Positions 1-12,569 are shown, numbered from the whole stretch's first letter. The stretch is 63,896 nucleotides of DNA, filler included, from Licmophora abbreviata (GCA_900291995.1; 9 parts of 9 records of this genome joined end to end with filler, not necessarily neighbours in it), one strand, 5' to 3'. The notes: generated from the sequence alone by a model not told the origin. A program made the numbers and translations.

Positions 1-1176
1 AACCACTGCGGAAGAACTTCTTCATAATACTGAGATGTACAACGCGTAGGTTGGAAAAGATATAGCAGAATAGCCCCCCGGTAGCAAGCGTGCGTATGAG
101 TATGATACAGCAGATCCGTTTTGACCATGTTCCAGATCTCACGCGCTGTCGCATCGAGTGTCACTGGTGATTCACTTGTATTGGGCGGACGAATACCTTG
201 ATCAAAGAACTGCCGCAGGTCACGAATCAAATGTACAGAGCGTCGAATGATCATACTCTGATGCGAGCTGGAACATGTAGGCGGGCTACCCACCTTGTGT
301 TCGTCCAAGTATGGCGCGGTACGCAAGAGCATGCGCAGGAATGCTTTCCAATGGAGAATCATCATCATGCGCCCCTTCTGATCCGTGTCATCAGGAAACA
401 ACGCCCCGTTCGAGACTGCTCGAAAGTTGTCTTTTTTGGACATCATGTTTGCAATCACCGATAGGAGCGCGTCGCGGGCCGGAGCCGGCAATGCAAAACT
501 CTGCGACAGATCCTCGTCCAGTTGTTCCGCGGTGCCTGCCACCTCGTACGCTTCTTCCGTCCCATGTCCATCTTCATTAAACAGGTATCCCACATTATCA
601 TAATGCAGAGTTACTTTGCGACTTGGTGGCTCGTCGTCGCCTGACGAGGAAGATCCTTCGTACGGGATCGAGATGGTAGCCGTAATGAGACGCAGTAGAT
701 GCAGAACCATGTGGCATTTGTCGACCAACGAAATGCCATCGTGCTTGAGCCCCTCCAGTGTGCTGTATTCAGACTGCAATCGGGTACACCTTTTCATGAC
801 AGACGCCTTCAAAGTATATGGAGGAAAGAGAGGTTGTCAGTGGACGAGCACAAATCCGCACCTTGCTGTCGTCAGAAGAATGGAAACGTACCATGTTGTA
901 CTCCGTCGGTAGGGCGTGGTCATCTTCTTCGTCATCCTCATCGTAGTTCACGTCTAAATCTTCGTCCATTATCTCATCATTATCGTCTTCTGCGATGAAG
1001 AGAGACTCGTCAAGCTGAATCGAGTGCGCAAGCTGCACGAGTTTTTTTGCCTTGTGCTGGGCAAATTTCGTAATGAACGGAACGCCATCGTCATCCATAT
1101 GATGAGGTGGAAGGTTAAGATGGAACGCATGAGACTTGTATCCTGTCTCGGTGGTCGCACCAGCTTCCGCCATCAT
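1..1176 (-). CDS. Proteasome activator PA200/PSME4/Blm10-like protein, N-terminal part (continues beyond window start)
   Basis: Exon 1 is the ORF 769..1176 up to ...SDDSK, then a GT-AG intron (~861-808). Exon 2 stays open to position 1: ...MILHWKAFLRMLL...HLIRDLRQFF...DATAREIW...LLYLFQPT...EEVLPQW. This resembles the PSME4 N-terminal region (LPWRPLY...CRPYF..DATAEM...FLPT...W). Confidence 0.6.
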
Positions 1177-1872
1177 AGTGTTGTGCTCCGACCCGTTCCA
1201 AATTCTGATTTTTTGTGCACTTCCAAAATCAACGTGCTGATTTCGTCCTCAAGTTTAGGTCTTATGAAGGTCCCTTTGGCCTGTCGCGTGCACAAATATA
1301 TATTTAGCCGTCCAAGCAAAGAGATACGTTCACGGTTTCTCGCCAACAAAAGAGTGACGGCATCGCCACAACACACATCCGAGGACGAGCAGCGAATGGC
1401 ACCGAAGCAAACCCAAAAAAGAGAAGCTGAGTTAGTACTCTTGCGCGTTCTGTGGATGAGTACGCGCGCTTCAAGCTGAGGTGGGGTGATGGCAGACCGA
1501 CGCGCCCTTTTTCAATTCTAACCTACACAAAAATCCAAGAGACTCTCTTTCCTTTTATGTTCCAAGCGACAACATGTAGCGAGAGAGGGGATGCAGAACT
1601 CAGCCTGCATTTCAACAAACACTAGAGGCGATGGAAGTGTGAAGAAGGTCCAAAAAGGCTCTTTTCCAATGAGGACTCAGAATGGCCTCTTTACTGGCCT
1701 AAACCATAAATGAAAGAAGAGCCTTTTCAGCTTTTCATGACGTGGATCGAGACCAAATAGCCTATGGAATGGCCTTTCGAAGCGCAAATCTGCACTTTGT
1801 TGTGACTTTTCGTGGTGGCAACGATGTGACCGCCTCGCTAGTTACTTCACTCTCCAGGAAACTGCAAGCACC

Positions 1873-2589
1873 ATGAAGATCGCTCGTTCCCTCTCGTTTG
1901 TCTGCCTTGCTTTCGTTAGCTTTTCTGGCGTTGCCGTTGTGCGCGCTGATGGCGATCATGAATCCTGCGCATGCGCTGCCATTGAGGAGGGTTTTACCAT
2001 CCAGTGCGAAGACAACCAGCCGGCCATGAACGCTGCTCTGGGGTTTCTGACTGACCCTAGCAACAACTGCGAATCCGACTGCTCGTCGGAGATCTGTCAC
2101 AGAAACTACTTGATTATTCAGTCGCATCATGATCACTGTCTTGATGCTGATCTTCCTCCGACCCTGGAAGACACTTTCCATCTTTTCGAAGCCTTCTGTG
2201 AAGAGTGCGAGATCTCCAAGGTCTTCGACCCCAGTCTGCCCACCTGCCCAAGTGCATCCTGTGAAGACGACACCGGGACCTCGGCCTACTCTTCCTTGCT
2301 GTCCAATAGCTGTGCCACAGACTGCTCCAGTAATACGTGCCGTAGCCACTATCGCAGGCTCAAGGTCGTTCACGACACCTGCGAAGAAGATACGCTCAGC
2401 CCTGCCGCCGAAGCCGCCTTTCACGAGTTCGAAGAAGCCTGCGAGGCCCTCCATGGATGTAACTTGCCCAACATTGAAGATTTGACTCCGCTAATCTGTG
2501 ATGAGCTCACTTCCGCCGTCGCGCCCGTGTCCCTCTCCTTGGCGGCTGGCTTCTTGGCCGCGGTCGCCTTCTGGGTGACTGGGATGTAA
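1873..2589 (+). CDS. Secreted/surface-anchored Cys/His-rich protein with two internal repeats
   Basis: Signal peptide (...AVVRA-DG). Two ~68-aa repeats C-E-D...C..DCSS..C...Y......HD.C...FH.FE..CE. Hydrophobic C-terminus (GPI signal or TM anchor). Confidence 0.85.
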   Translation: MKIARSLSFVCLAFVSFSGVAVVRADGDHESCACAAIEEGFTIQCEDNQPAMNAALGFLTDPSNNCESDCSSEICHRNYLIIQSHHDHCLDADLPPTLEDTFHLFEAFCEECEISKVFDPSLPTCPSASCEDDTGTSAYSSLLSNSCATDCSSNTCRSHYRRLKVVHDTCEEDTLSPAAEAAFHEFEEACEALHGCNLPNIEDLTPLICDELTSAVAPVSLSLAAGFLAAVAFWVTGM

Positions 2590-3121
2590 ATCATGCGCTC
2601 ATACTTCTAGAGTATTGCCGTACATGTACTCCTCCTCTCTGGCATGGGAAGGTGCCTAGGGAGTGAGAGAGGATAACGTAAATAAATGGCTTATCAACTA
2701 CTCGTATCATACATTTAGCCTGCCCTGTTCCTAAGAAACCGGTAGGTACGGTGTAGACTGTATCATAAACTCTGAAGGCACACAGCCGATCCCGATCGGA
2801 GTCAATCAGTCGAAAGGTCGTGGGTGGTTGTGTGGTTGCCCGACGAGCAACTTTTCACGGACGACGGCTAGTCCGAAGAGATCTTGATCCCGCGCGCGCA
2901 AAACAAACCGTGGCGCGAAAAATGATGCCACCTCGTCACTGTCACCTCGTCTGTCTTGTGCTGACGGACGAGACATCTCTCACTTCTGCTCACTTCTGAC
3001 TCGACTAAGGCCAACGCGCTTGCTGTCATCATCACCTTGTCGGCTTGCGCACTGTTACGCCGCACCATGATTTATAATTTCGCCTATCTGTAGGCCGCAC
3101 GTCATCTCTTGAACCCGCAAC

Positions 3122-3574
3122 ATGAAGCTTTCCTTCCTCATCACTGCATCGGCGCTCATCATCGCCAGCACAAACGCCTTTGCCCCAGTCATCACTGCAG
3201 TCGCTTTTCGACCAGCCACTCAGCTCGATGCTGCTGCTCAGATCCAGTTCGTTCAAGGCCTCGAAGAGAAGGATGTCCCCCAAGTCAAACTGACTCGAGC
3301 GAAAGACGGATCTTCCGGAGTTGCGACCTTCAAGTTCAGCAACCCCAATGTGTTTGACGCCTCGACGGCGGCCAAAGGAGACGTAACAGCTTTGTACTTG
3401 ATGGACGACGAAGGCACGATCAGCACCACCGATGTGAATGCTCGATTTGTCAACGGCAAGCCTCAATCCATTGAATCGACCTATGTTATGAACAGCCCCG
3501 CTGAATGGGATCGATTCATGAGATTCATGGAACGCTATGGTGAAGCCAATGGACTGGGACTTAACAAGGCTTAA
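3122..3574 (+). CDS. psb28: Photosystem II assembly factor Psb28, nuclear-encoded and plastid-targeted
   Basis: Signal peptide plus TNA-FAP motif. Mature part AQIQF.QG..E..VP.VKLTR..DG..G.A.F.F...MDDEG.I....V.ARFVNGKP...[11 protein letters not shown]...NGLG is diagnostic for Psb28. Confidence 0.95.
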   Translation: MKLSFLITASALIIASTNAFAPVITAVAFRPATQLDAAAQIQFVQGLEEKDVPQVKLTRAKDGSSGVATFKFSNPNVFDASTAAKGDVTALYLMDDEGTISTTDVNARFVNGKPQSIESTYVMNSPAEWDRFMRFMERYGEANGLGLNKA

Positions 3575-3905
3575 ACTAAGTATGTAGCTTACCCGATACC
3601 CTACTCTGAAGAAACGTCTAACGTGCAGTGGTAGCCGTGTTGCAGAGTTGCAATGATGTTCGGCAATCTCGAAATCGAAATAGGTCACGCCTCGAACAGG
3701 CCAGATCAACGCGCGTTATACTCGTACTCGTATTAGCAAAACCCCGAAGTGCCGAATTCCATGCCATCACAGTCATACGCCCGCGCGCCGGCGAACCGCA
3801 AAGAGACATCACTCGACAGCAAGTGTGACCATGGCGAAATAACGCCGCGTTTTGACTTGCCTTGTCATCATCTATCCCGTGTCTGACCATCTTTAGATTC
3901 TTGAA

Positions 3906-5729
3906 ATGTCAAGTATAACAACCCCTGCTCGAAGGAGGCATGAAAGCAGCGACCACAACCCAAAACATGTCATTCCAGCCAGCTCGTCTTTTGACTCAGA
4001 GGGCAATCTCCACCAGCAGCAGTATCCTTCTGGGACACAAGCCCGGGGCCGGTCGCGGACCTCTTCCAGTGAAGGCACCTCCCAATCGTGTCAACCAGAC
4101 GAAAATGAAATCAGATCCAGCTCTCCGATAAAGAGATTCCTCTTGCGCCAGCTTCATGTTTGGCAATATCGAATTCCCTTTTTGAGAAAAATAGTACATG
4201 GCTATCATCGTGTCCCGCGACGCTTTCGCGTTTGCTGCTTCCTCGTTTGGCTCGTATGGAAGTTCACGATTACTGTTATCTTCTTGCGAATACTTTTTGT
4301 TCAGGGCAAGAATGCATGGGACTGGAGGACTGTTGAACATGAGGCTATGGTCGCGTTGCATTTTGCTCCTGGCGGGGGTGCTTCAGAAGCTCCTCAGAAG
4401 ATTCTCTATGTTGTCACAGCGCTGGCCGAGTACAATACCGGAAAGCGGCACACCAAGAAAGGTCAAGATCGATTGGGTGAAGTTTTACTTCCTGTGCTTG
4501 TAGAGGGTGTGGAAAGCATGGTGTCGCATCCTTTCATGTACAAAGTCGATGTCTATCTCATTCTTGGTTACACTTTACGACCCGAGCGTCGGAAGATGAT
4601 TGCTGATCGTCTGCCCAATGGAGTTGGACTTCAAGTTTGGGACAACGCAATACCCTTTGGTTACGACAAGCGCTATGGAAAGGACAAGATGATCGAGAAC
4701 ACACGCGCGCTAGCACGGCAGCACCGCTACGTCATCAAGGACAAGCTGAACGAGTACGACTTGTTTGTCGCGTTTGAGGACGACATGCGCATTACCGGAA
4801 CGCATGTACAGCACTTTATCCGAATGTCGAATGAACTGGATCGGCTGCGTCGCTTGGCACCTGCTCGTGTTGAAGGTGTACCGGAAAAGAAGGACCCCAA
4901 GGAAATGAAGTTCTTCGGTGGTATGACGGAGCTGCAAATGCGGCGGCTGGTGCCGGGCTTTGTACGCGTGGAAGTATTGTTGAACGAGACCGCTGACGGC
5001 GCCCAGGATGAACGCGACCCGCTCCCGCTTGACTTCGACTTTAGCAACCGAGATGCTTCTACTTCCATTAGACATGTCGATCCGTCAATATGTTGCCACG
5101 TGCCCAACTTGAAGCCCAACGTTGAGACGCCCAAGAGCCCCCGAGCAGAAGATATTATCATTTGGGAGACAAATGTCACGGCCCTTAGTTTGCGACAGCT
5201 ACCCGAACCTTCGTCATGGCTGGACTGGGTTGTGCTCCTACCTGGACCAGGCAAGAGGTTGACTGACAATGAATGGATTGGTGGCTACTGGAGTGGACGA
5301 GATGGGGCTTTTGGTGACATGCCAATGCCATCAGGTGGGAACCCCCAGCTTGTGGCGCAACAAGGCGGATGGATGGCGACTCGGGATCAAATCAAACGGC
5401 TGAATTCCGGCCTTTGCGAGGGCGTCTTCCTCCCACCGTTCGATCAGCCAATGTACTACGAAGACGGGCAGCAGTCGATGAACGTCGAGTTCTGGTCGGG
5501 GGGATACCAGCTATTCACTGGAGTCCGCGGCGGATGCAATATGCAACGCCTCATAAGCTTCAACCCCGATCATTTTTCCAAGCACCTGATATACCACGTG
5601 GCCAACAACAAGCAACGGCAGCTTCATAAAGGCCGCATGCTGAGAGCCGACCACCTATTCGCACAACTCAACACTGTAAAGAAGAACGCCGAGAGGACCA
5701 AAGCTACGATGACAAAGAGCGTTAAATAG
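3906..5729 (+). CDS. Type II membrane protein, putative glycosyltransferase-like
   Basis: 607-aa ORF with one N-terminal TM helix (VCCFLVWLVWKFTITVIFLRILFV) and a YDLFVAFEDDM acidic motif reminiscent of GT-A folds. The CDS is solid; the function is inferred. Confidence 0.7.
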   Translation: MSSITTPARRRHESSDHNPKHVIPASSSFDSEGNLHQQQYPSGTQARGRSRTSSSEGTSQSCQPDENEIRSSSPIKRFLLRQLHVWQYRIPFLRKIVHGYHRVPRRFRVCCFLVWLVWKFTITVIFLRILFVQGKNAWDWRTVEHEAMVALHFAPGGGASEAPQKILYVVTALAEYNTGKRHTKKGQDRLGEVLLPVLVEGVESMVSHPFMYKVDVYLILGYTLRPERRKMIADRLPNGVGLQVWDNAIPFGYDKRYGKDKMIENTRALARQHRYVIKDKLNEYDLFVAFEDDMRITGTHVQHFIRMSNELDRLRRLAPARVEGVPEKKDPKEMKFFGGMTELQMRRLVPGFVRVEVLLNETADGAQDERDPLPLDFDFSNRDASTSIRHVDPSICCHVPNLKPNVETPKSPRAEDIIIWETNVTALSLRQLPEPSSWLDWVVLLPGPGKRLTDNEWIGGYWSGRDGAFGDMPMPSGGNPQLVAQQGGWMATRDQIKRLNSGLCEGVFLPPFDQPMYYEDGQQSMNVEFWSGGYQLFTGVRGGCNMQRLISFNPDHFSKHLIYHVANNKQRQLHKGRMLRADHLFAQLNTVKKNAERTKATMTKSVK

Positions 5730-5751
5730 TTTACACTACAGTAGCAGTGAG

Positions 5752-7433
5752 CTAATCGACCTTCACTTCTAGCTCGAATCCTTTAGATCGCAGCTCAGTT
5801 TTGGCGAGGTCCCATCCGGCCGTCTCGCAACTTTGTTCGAACGCCTTCCACGCCCTAGGTAGAATTTCGTCAGTGCTGCGCTGAGCAACTGCGATCGACT
5901 CGCTCTCGCGTGAATCTATTCTTTTCAGCTCTCGGCCAAGTAGTATCGCGTGAAAGTAGGCTTTGGCTTGATCTCTTGGATCGACGCGGCCAAAGAAACA
6001 GATTACAATAGACGCGCGGCCGCGTTGTGACACGCCCGCCCGGACGAGATACCGCGACTCTTCCACACTCTGTTGTTGAATCGTCTCAAGAAGCTCTGAC
6101 GACCTGCCAGTCCGAGAAATAAGCTCGTTGAACGACGATCCAATGGAGATTGGATGTGTTGAAACTCTCGGTATCCGGCTGCCGACAAAGAATAGGGGCT
6201 CGCGTTTCGCAATGTCGCTTGGTGACGGTAACGTAAGGTTGTCGCCCTCTGAGCCTTCCGCTTGTTTCTCCCACCAGACCAAGAACTTTGCCACGACAAG
6301 TTTCATGCGGGCATTGTTAAACGAGTCAAACGCAATGAGCCTCATGCAACGCATATTGGCAAATACGTGAAGAAGCGTGAGCAAAGAATACAGGGTCCAT
6401 AACTTCGTCTGATCGACGGTCGACACAGACTTGGCAAAGAGTGCCGCAAAGATAAGCCCAAGACTTCCGGTGACGGTATGCTAGGTAGAAGAATGAGGTT
6501 CATCGGACCGTGAGAGTCATAGACTACGAGCACCCGCAAACACGCACCAAGGCCAGCACTCATGACGCCTCTTCGTACCTGAGCGCCAAACTTGGCATTA
6601 ATGTCCGAAATATTGGATCCCTTTGCCCAATGAAGATTTATGGCACCACCGCAGGCGCCCGCAGCGACTCCACAGATAGCCTTACACATGTTGCCGACAC
6701 CTTACAGAGCACGAGGCAAGAAAGCAATGTGAGCAGTCCGTTCTATCGCCATTCACGAGTACAAAGGTACGATTTCCCTGCAATCGAACTTACTTATCAT
6801 TGGTAAAAATAAGGATTGCGGCAATAGCGTTGCAGTCGCTTCCAATGTAATGCCCAGGTCAACCATAATGTCGGCAAACAGTCGCCATCGTTTCACATCG
6901 GACTTGAATCTCGAAGACGCTGCAGAAGTAAAGACCAGTGTCGCAGCCATACCACAACCATCGCGGACAAGAAAGTTCATGAGCGCTGACAGTGCTGTAG
7001 CTCCTTCTCTTCCCACCCCAACGCCCTCCAAGACACGCTGTGTCGCGAGAACCGACCGCAGCTGTGTGGACAGGTCCTGAATCCAAGACCATACTGAGTA
7101 GCTAAGATATCCTTGAGGCGTCATAGCGGGAAAGCCAGAGGGCAAAAATGTGGATCTTAATGCCGAGTTCACTTGGTGGAGAGCTTCTCGGGCGCTAGGA
7201 GAGCCGCGTAGGTGATGTGAGGCCTTCTGCGTATTGTCTGGATCTGACGGAGCGGTGTCGAGCGAAAACACTTTCGATAGTCCCCCGTCTTTTTTGGTTG
7301 AAATGACGCGCCTCACTCCTCGAGAACTCTCGATACCTGCCAGACAAGATGCAGGGTGTGTTAACGTTGCATGGGCTACCAGTGCCACAAAGGCAGTGCC
7401 TCCACGGCGCCGTCTTCTCGTCGCGTCTCTCAT
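5752..7433 (-). CDS. RUS (root UVB sensitive, DUF647) family protein, 3 exons
   Basis: Motifs FLPSGFP...YLSYSVW, DVKRWRLFADIMVDLG..LE, NISDINAKFGAQ and LHVFAN. Introns ~6793-6701 and ~6578-6481 (GT..AG) join the three ORFs. Confidence 0.9.
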
Positions 7434-7666
7434 GGTTGATGTTGGGTCAAAGTCGCCGATCTTTCTATCGGGGGTGCGAACGCCGATGACGTCTTCAAAA
7501 CGAGGGCGACGCGCGGCGGAAACCGGGAGTTTAGATTAACATGCTCACTGTGTAGATAATGTGAGCTCCCGACGCTACGTCTGAGAGCCACTACTCAAGT
7601 CGGTACGAGCGCCATTGCTCATGTCCTACATACGGCAACAACTTGTACATGCATAGGCTATAGAAG

Positions 7667-10121
7667 CTAGTTAGGATGCTGCTCCCGTCGACCGATAAGC
7701 TTTTTCAAGGGCATCTTTCCTTCAAACACTTGGCACCAGGTGGACATGAGTACTTCCCCAACGTCGTCGTCGTATCTCGTCACTCGTTGCAAAACATCGT
7801 CAGCTTCACTAAATCGAACCAGATTGAGGTCCTCAAGATCATTCAGTGCTGCATCTACATCGACGCGCACACTGTCGTTCGAAGAATCGAACAACTTGTT
7901 CACATTCAGCGCCCCTTCATTTATAAGCTGGGATTTCGTTACTGGGCCCCGTGTATAGGTCATTCGTTGAACGAGCCATAGGTACACCAGCGACGCCCTA
8001 GTCGCCCGCTGCGTGCCAGCTTCTCGTGTAATGTACTTGAGCGCTCCCGCGTTTCGATGTGATATCTTGGAAGTCAAGAACTTCTTCACCAATAGATCGT
8101 AGCGAGCCAGTTTGTTGGAATATCGAATCAAGGTCCGAAATAGCCACAGAGACACAGAGACAACAGCGAGTAAATCCAGTCTTGGGCTGTTGAACCGCTG
8201 CGAACTAAACACAACCACAAAACTGAGAACAGTTACCAGATCAAACACAAATGCGTCCGCGGGGCGAAACATTAGCTTGGTTTTCGGCAATACAGCAGGG
8301 ACATTAGCCATGGGCACGTCATCAAAGGCACGAATCTCCAGCCGTGGCCGTTGGGGGTCAGGCTTAGGCTCTTCCAATTTGGGGAGCCGGTCGTCAACCT
8401 CGAAGATTTCTGCAAAGTCGTAAGCAAATTTGGGCGGTCGAACAATGAAGGGCTTAGCTTTCTTTCTGTTTCTATCTGGGAGCGGACGCCAGATTGTGAC
8501 CACCTGGATAGACACAGAAGAGGCCATCAAATGAGTTCGATCGGAGAGGCAGACTGTATACGGGACAAATGCTTGGCGAATAGACTTGTACCTCTTCATA
8601 TGTCGGTTCAACAAGCTTGGAAATAGAGAAGAATCGCCTGACCAGACTCCGTCTTCCCTCTCGTCCCGTTAGATCAACAACATCACTGATACTAGATCGC
8701 TGAAGCAGCACACCTGGATCATAGATCTCTTTACTACTGTCGGATACCTGATGGTCCATATCGTATTCGCATGTCAGTTTCTCGGTACTTTGAGAAGCAC
8801 CATTCACACCGTCACCGCTGCTGCCATCTTCTTCGGCTGTCATAAAGGGAGAAAGCGCATCTATGACACTGGGCGATCCCATGAATCGACTTTTACGTCC
8901 CCCATACCGCGAGAGCTTAAAGAATGGATCAGAAACTGCTCTTGAGTCGTCTTCCTTCGCTTCGTCGGGGGCGACACTCATCCGAGAGCGAATGGCGCTC
9001 CTTAGCGACTCGTTTGGCATGTTGTCTACGACTCTGACAAGATTACTCTGCACGTAAGCTTTGATCGCAGTAGTAGTTTTCGACAAGGATCTTGCAGCCT
9101 TGCGTTCAAACCTGCCGAGTAATTCTGTCATCGAATACGCGGACCGTTGGACGATATTCGCTTGCAAATAGTCCAGCTTCGGAACCAGAAGTCTTCCTTG
9201 TGTGACTTCGGAGGAGTAACCTCGGCGATAAATCAAAACGCGTTCTTCAAAGGGCCACCACTCATTTGTTTCTGTGGTGTTATCACCAAACCGCTCCGGG
9301 TAAAACTCTTTCGCGATACCGCGGTCAAATTCGGACACATCGGGGGAAATTGCCAATCGAAGAAGATACCCAGCATTCAAAGCCTCGCACAGATCTATAT
9401 CACGCTTCGACAGGAGAACAAAGCCTGCATCCTCCAAAGAGTTTCTCAACACCGAAACTAATCGACTCTCTTCTGTTTCATCCGCGACAGAATCAGTAAC
9501 GTTGGTAGCCGCCGTAGATCGTTCCATATACTTCAGACGACGCGTTTCTTCGTGAGATATTGCGTGGTAAATCGCGTCTAGCTTCTTCAATATGTACGGA
9601 GGCTCCTGGATCGTGGGAGGCAAGGAGGACTTGTCCGTCGGAAGCTTTCCATCCGAAGATGCTACCACTTTGCAGACAGAACGACCGCCTTCCTCTGCAT
9701 CAACTCCGTTGATCAACAAGGATTCAAATTCCCCGTTCACTACTTGAGGAGCGTTGACGGTCAGAGCCGGTGTTGAGACTTCCTCTTCACCAAAGGGGGG
9801 ATCGAGCATTTCCTCATTGGCTACGTTATTCAATGTAGATGAGACATAGTCCGTTGGATCGACTGCATCTTCATCCTCGCCCACAACTCGGAGCATGCTT
9901 CTTTCTCTTCTCATCGTCGTTGGGTACAAATGCATCATGTGCCGCGCCGTCCTCATTTTTGCATGTTGATGTGGGAGACCTTCCATTCTGCTTGCCGACA
10001 GAGGATTGAAGGGATTCCACGCGCCAGCGCCTTGCGAAATTATCAAAAAGAAAGCTGTTATAACCCAAACTACTGGTAAGATGGTAGCTGGACGGCACCT
10101 GAAGGCTTCAGTGATGGTCAT
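7667..10121 (-). CDS. DUF3754/TMEM143-like protein, probably plastid-targeted, 2 exons
   Basis: Signal peptide ending AGA-WNP. Motifs LNAGYLLRL.I.PD, ERVLIYRRG and LEIRAFDDVPMANVPAVLPK. Intron 8591-8504 joins ORFs 8472..10175 and 7667..8614 in frame. Confidence 0.75.
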
Positions 10122-10757
10122 CGTAATTATTCCTCCATGGACCGTCTGATGCTTTTCCCCCAGATTACAAGCCATTTAACGTCGCTCCCCCCAATAACCA
10201 CTCAGTGCATCTTTTTGTCCGGGTTTACGGTCGCAACGCCCTTGGCGATTGTGGCGGTCATCAATACATCGCCGATGGGTTGAACCTTTTTCTTTTCGCG
10301 GCATCATCAGAGCATCGTCTTGACCCGATTCTGTGTGACAGTTTGGCAGAACAATCTGGTAAGAGCCTGTTCGAGTGCACGAGCAGCTTCTTGCAGAATG
10401 GCGCATGATGCTGTCGCCGGACACGTTTGTTCCATGTTAACACGACAAGTTAACTCCAATCCCATTAAGACATGTTCGCCTTTGTTCCATAGTGTATCTC
10501 AGAGCCAGTCTTGGAATGAATCCCAAGTCTCGCCAAGCAAGGTGCTCCATGATGCCAATAGGAGGGGGTCGGAGCAGGTTGAGTCGGGCTTGGAAAAATT
10601 TGGAGTTTGTCCTTTCTATATGTCCGTATATAGTATTCTGACAGGTAGTAGACTTTATGTAGAGTCAATACTACACCGTAGATGCCAGTAGGGGTAGACC
10701 TCCAAACGCGAGAAGGAAATGATGCTCTCATTTTCTCGCACCCCGGATCTCTTCACC

Positions 10758-12569
10758 ATGATGGATTTTGAGAGCTCATCACAGGCGCATTCATGGATGT
10801 TCTCTGACGAGACGCTCTCTCAGTGTCGCCAGAAAGCTGTTTCTAGGCCAATGGAGGGATCCATTGTGGGAACCGCCAGGGTGCGAAAATTTGCTTCGGG
10901 GTTTGATCGATTACACGCCGCGGAGACTGATGATACGCAGTGCTTCGCTCCCGTGATGACCATGCGTTCCCCCCACGAGAACACGGGCTTGGATGAAATC
11001 GAAGGCACCTGGTTTACCCCTGTTGTCTCCTGCAGCGAGCAAGAGTCGCTCATCCGCTTCCATGCCCATCAGCTTCGCAAGCTTGTCGGACCTTCCGCCG
11101 TCTACCGCGGACTCGTCCGAAGCTCTTCGGTTCTGGCCACTGCCATCACACTTCTACGTCGATTCTACTTGTCCAACTCCATTGTGGACTTTTGCCCAAG
11201 GAAAATGGCCGTCGCATCTGCCTTTCTTGCCGCAAAGCTGGAAGACCATCGAGTCGAGGTGAGTCTTCGTCGCAGTCATCCATACGAGGAGTAGGCGCGC
11301 TCTCTTTGTCACTTATTGGTCGAAATATTTAGCGGGTCTTGTTTCGCATGTGTGTCCAGCCTGTAGGATGGTATTTCCAAATATGTGTAATCGGCAGCGG
11401 AGTATTGCATGACGCATCCATAGCCAAAAAATCGCTTTGTTGTATGTGGATCCTCAGATTCTTGCAAAAGATCTTGGTCTTGCAAGGGGTTGTGGCATAG
11501 AACCAAGCGCTTTCTGTTGCACCAGTGCCATCATTCACACACGGACTCATTCCTTGTGCAGGCTGCCCAACTTTAACGCGGAATCTTACTTCTGGACAAT
11601 GCTTTTCATTCTATCTTCCAACAGATTCAGCTGCTGCAGACGGCCACCGAAATGATTGCACACAGGGCTCAGACGCCGTCATCGTACAAAAATGAGCTAA
11701 AGGCGGTATCTCTCGGCGAGATTGAGGAAGGGGAGAGGCACCTTATGGAGGGACTGAACTACCAGCTACGATGCCACCATCCACATGGAGCTATCAAGGT
11801 CCTCATCAAAGACTTAATGGTATATCTGTCGGGCCGTTGCAAGCCGACAGACTTGCCTCGCAATCATGGTTATGAGTGGGATNNNNNNNNNNNNNNNNNN
11901 NNNNNNNNNNNNNNNNNNNNNNNNNNTTAATTAATTAANNNNNNNNNNNNNNNNNNNNNNNNNNNNNNNNNNNNNNNNNNNNTTTCCGTCGCCAAGCGAT
12001 GTTATCACCCCGCGGAATTTGGGACGATACGGAGCGAGGCGACCGCGTACTCTACAAGAAGGCTGTGTGTGTCGCACACAACGCTCTAGTTTTTTACGGA
12101 TGTCCCGTTCTTGTTTCCACCGGGCCAGATTGCCTTCGCCGTCGTTTCGATTGCTTCCAAAGCTCTACAGCAAGAGCGAGGAGCTGACGACCACTCTCCA
12201 TTGGATCCTGATGTTAGAGACTATCTTCGTGCCCGATTCCCCTCGAGACAAGAACAAGAACTCCGAAAGTTTGAAGACGAAGTTATCAAAATCGTACACT
12301 GCATCGACAAGTCTCCTGTCTTGAAGCCGAGACCAAATAATGTCCTACGTCCTGTCAATAGCGTGCACATGAGTCGTCGGGAGGTGTCCAAACGCGCTGT
12401 GGAAGAGGCGTTTCGAGTCCGACCACCGTCGCATCAGCCAACGTACAACAGAGAGCCGTGTGGCTCTATCCATAACAAAAAGCGCAAGGACGACCTCCCA
12501 TTCTCCTCTACTCCAGTGACACGCTCGAATGTACGGGAGAAGATTGCGAAAGTTACGTTTGAGTTTTGA
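10758..12569 (+). CDS. Cyclin H-like cyclin (interrupted by an intron, an assembly gap and a 1-nt indel)
   Basis: N-terminal DFESSSQAHSWMF. Cyclin box VLATAITLLRRFYLSNS...FLAAKLED, then LMEGLNYQLRCHHPH and TDVPFLFPPGQIA. Intron 11259-11624, gap 11883-11982, extra T near 12090-12095. Confidence 0.8.
11883..11982. other. Assembly gap linker (N44-TTAATTAATTAA-N44). Identical linkers at 16345-16444, 21942-22041, 29555-29654, 42520-42619, 47228-47327, 48412-48511, 53067-53166
   Basis: Eight identical 100-nt N runs, each with a six-frame-stop spacer. These are artificial contig joins. Confidence 0.97.

Noticed and set aside
1530..1780. Loosely repeated GGC(C)TCTTTT-like motifs upstream of the Cys/His-rich gene as metal-response elements
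   Set aside because: They are too degenerate and short to distinguish from chance without comparative data.
11259..11624. Unusually long introns (cyclin 366 nt; calmodulin-like 42944-43314) as snoRNA hosts
   Set aside because: I found no convincing C/D or H/ACA box arrangement by eye. An Infernal/Rfam scan would be needed.
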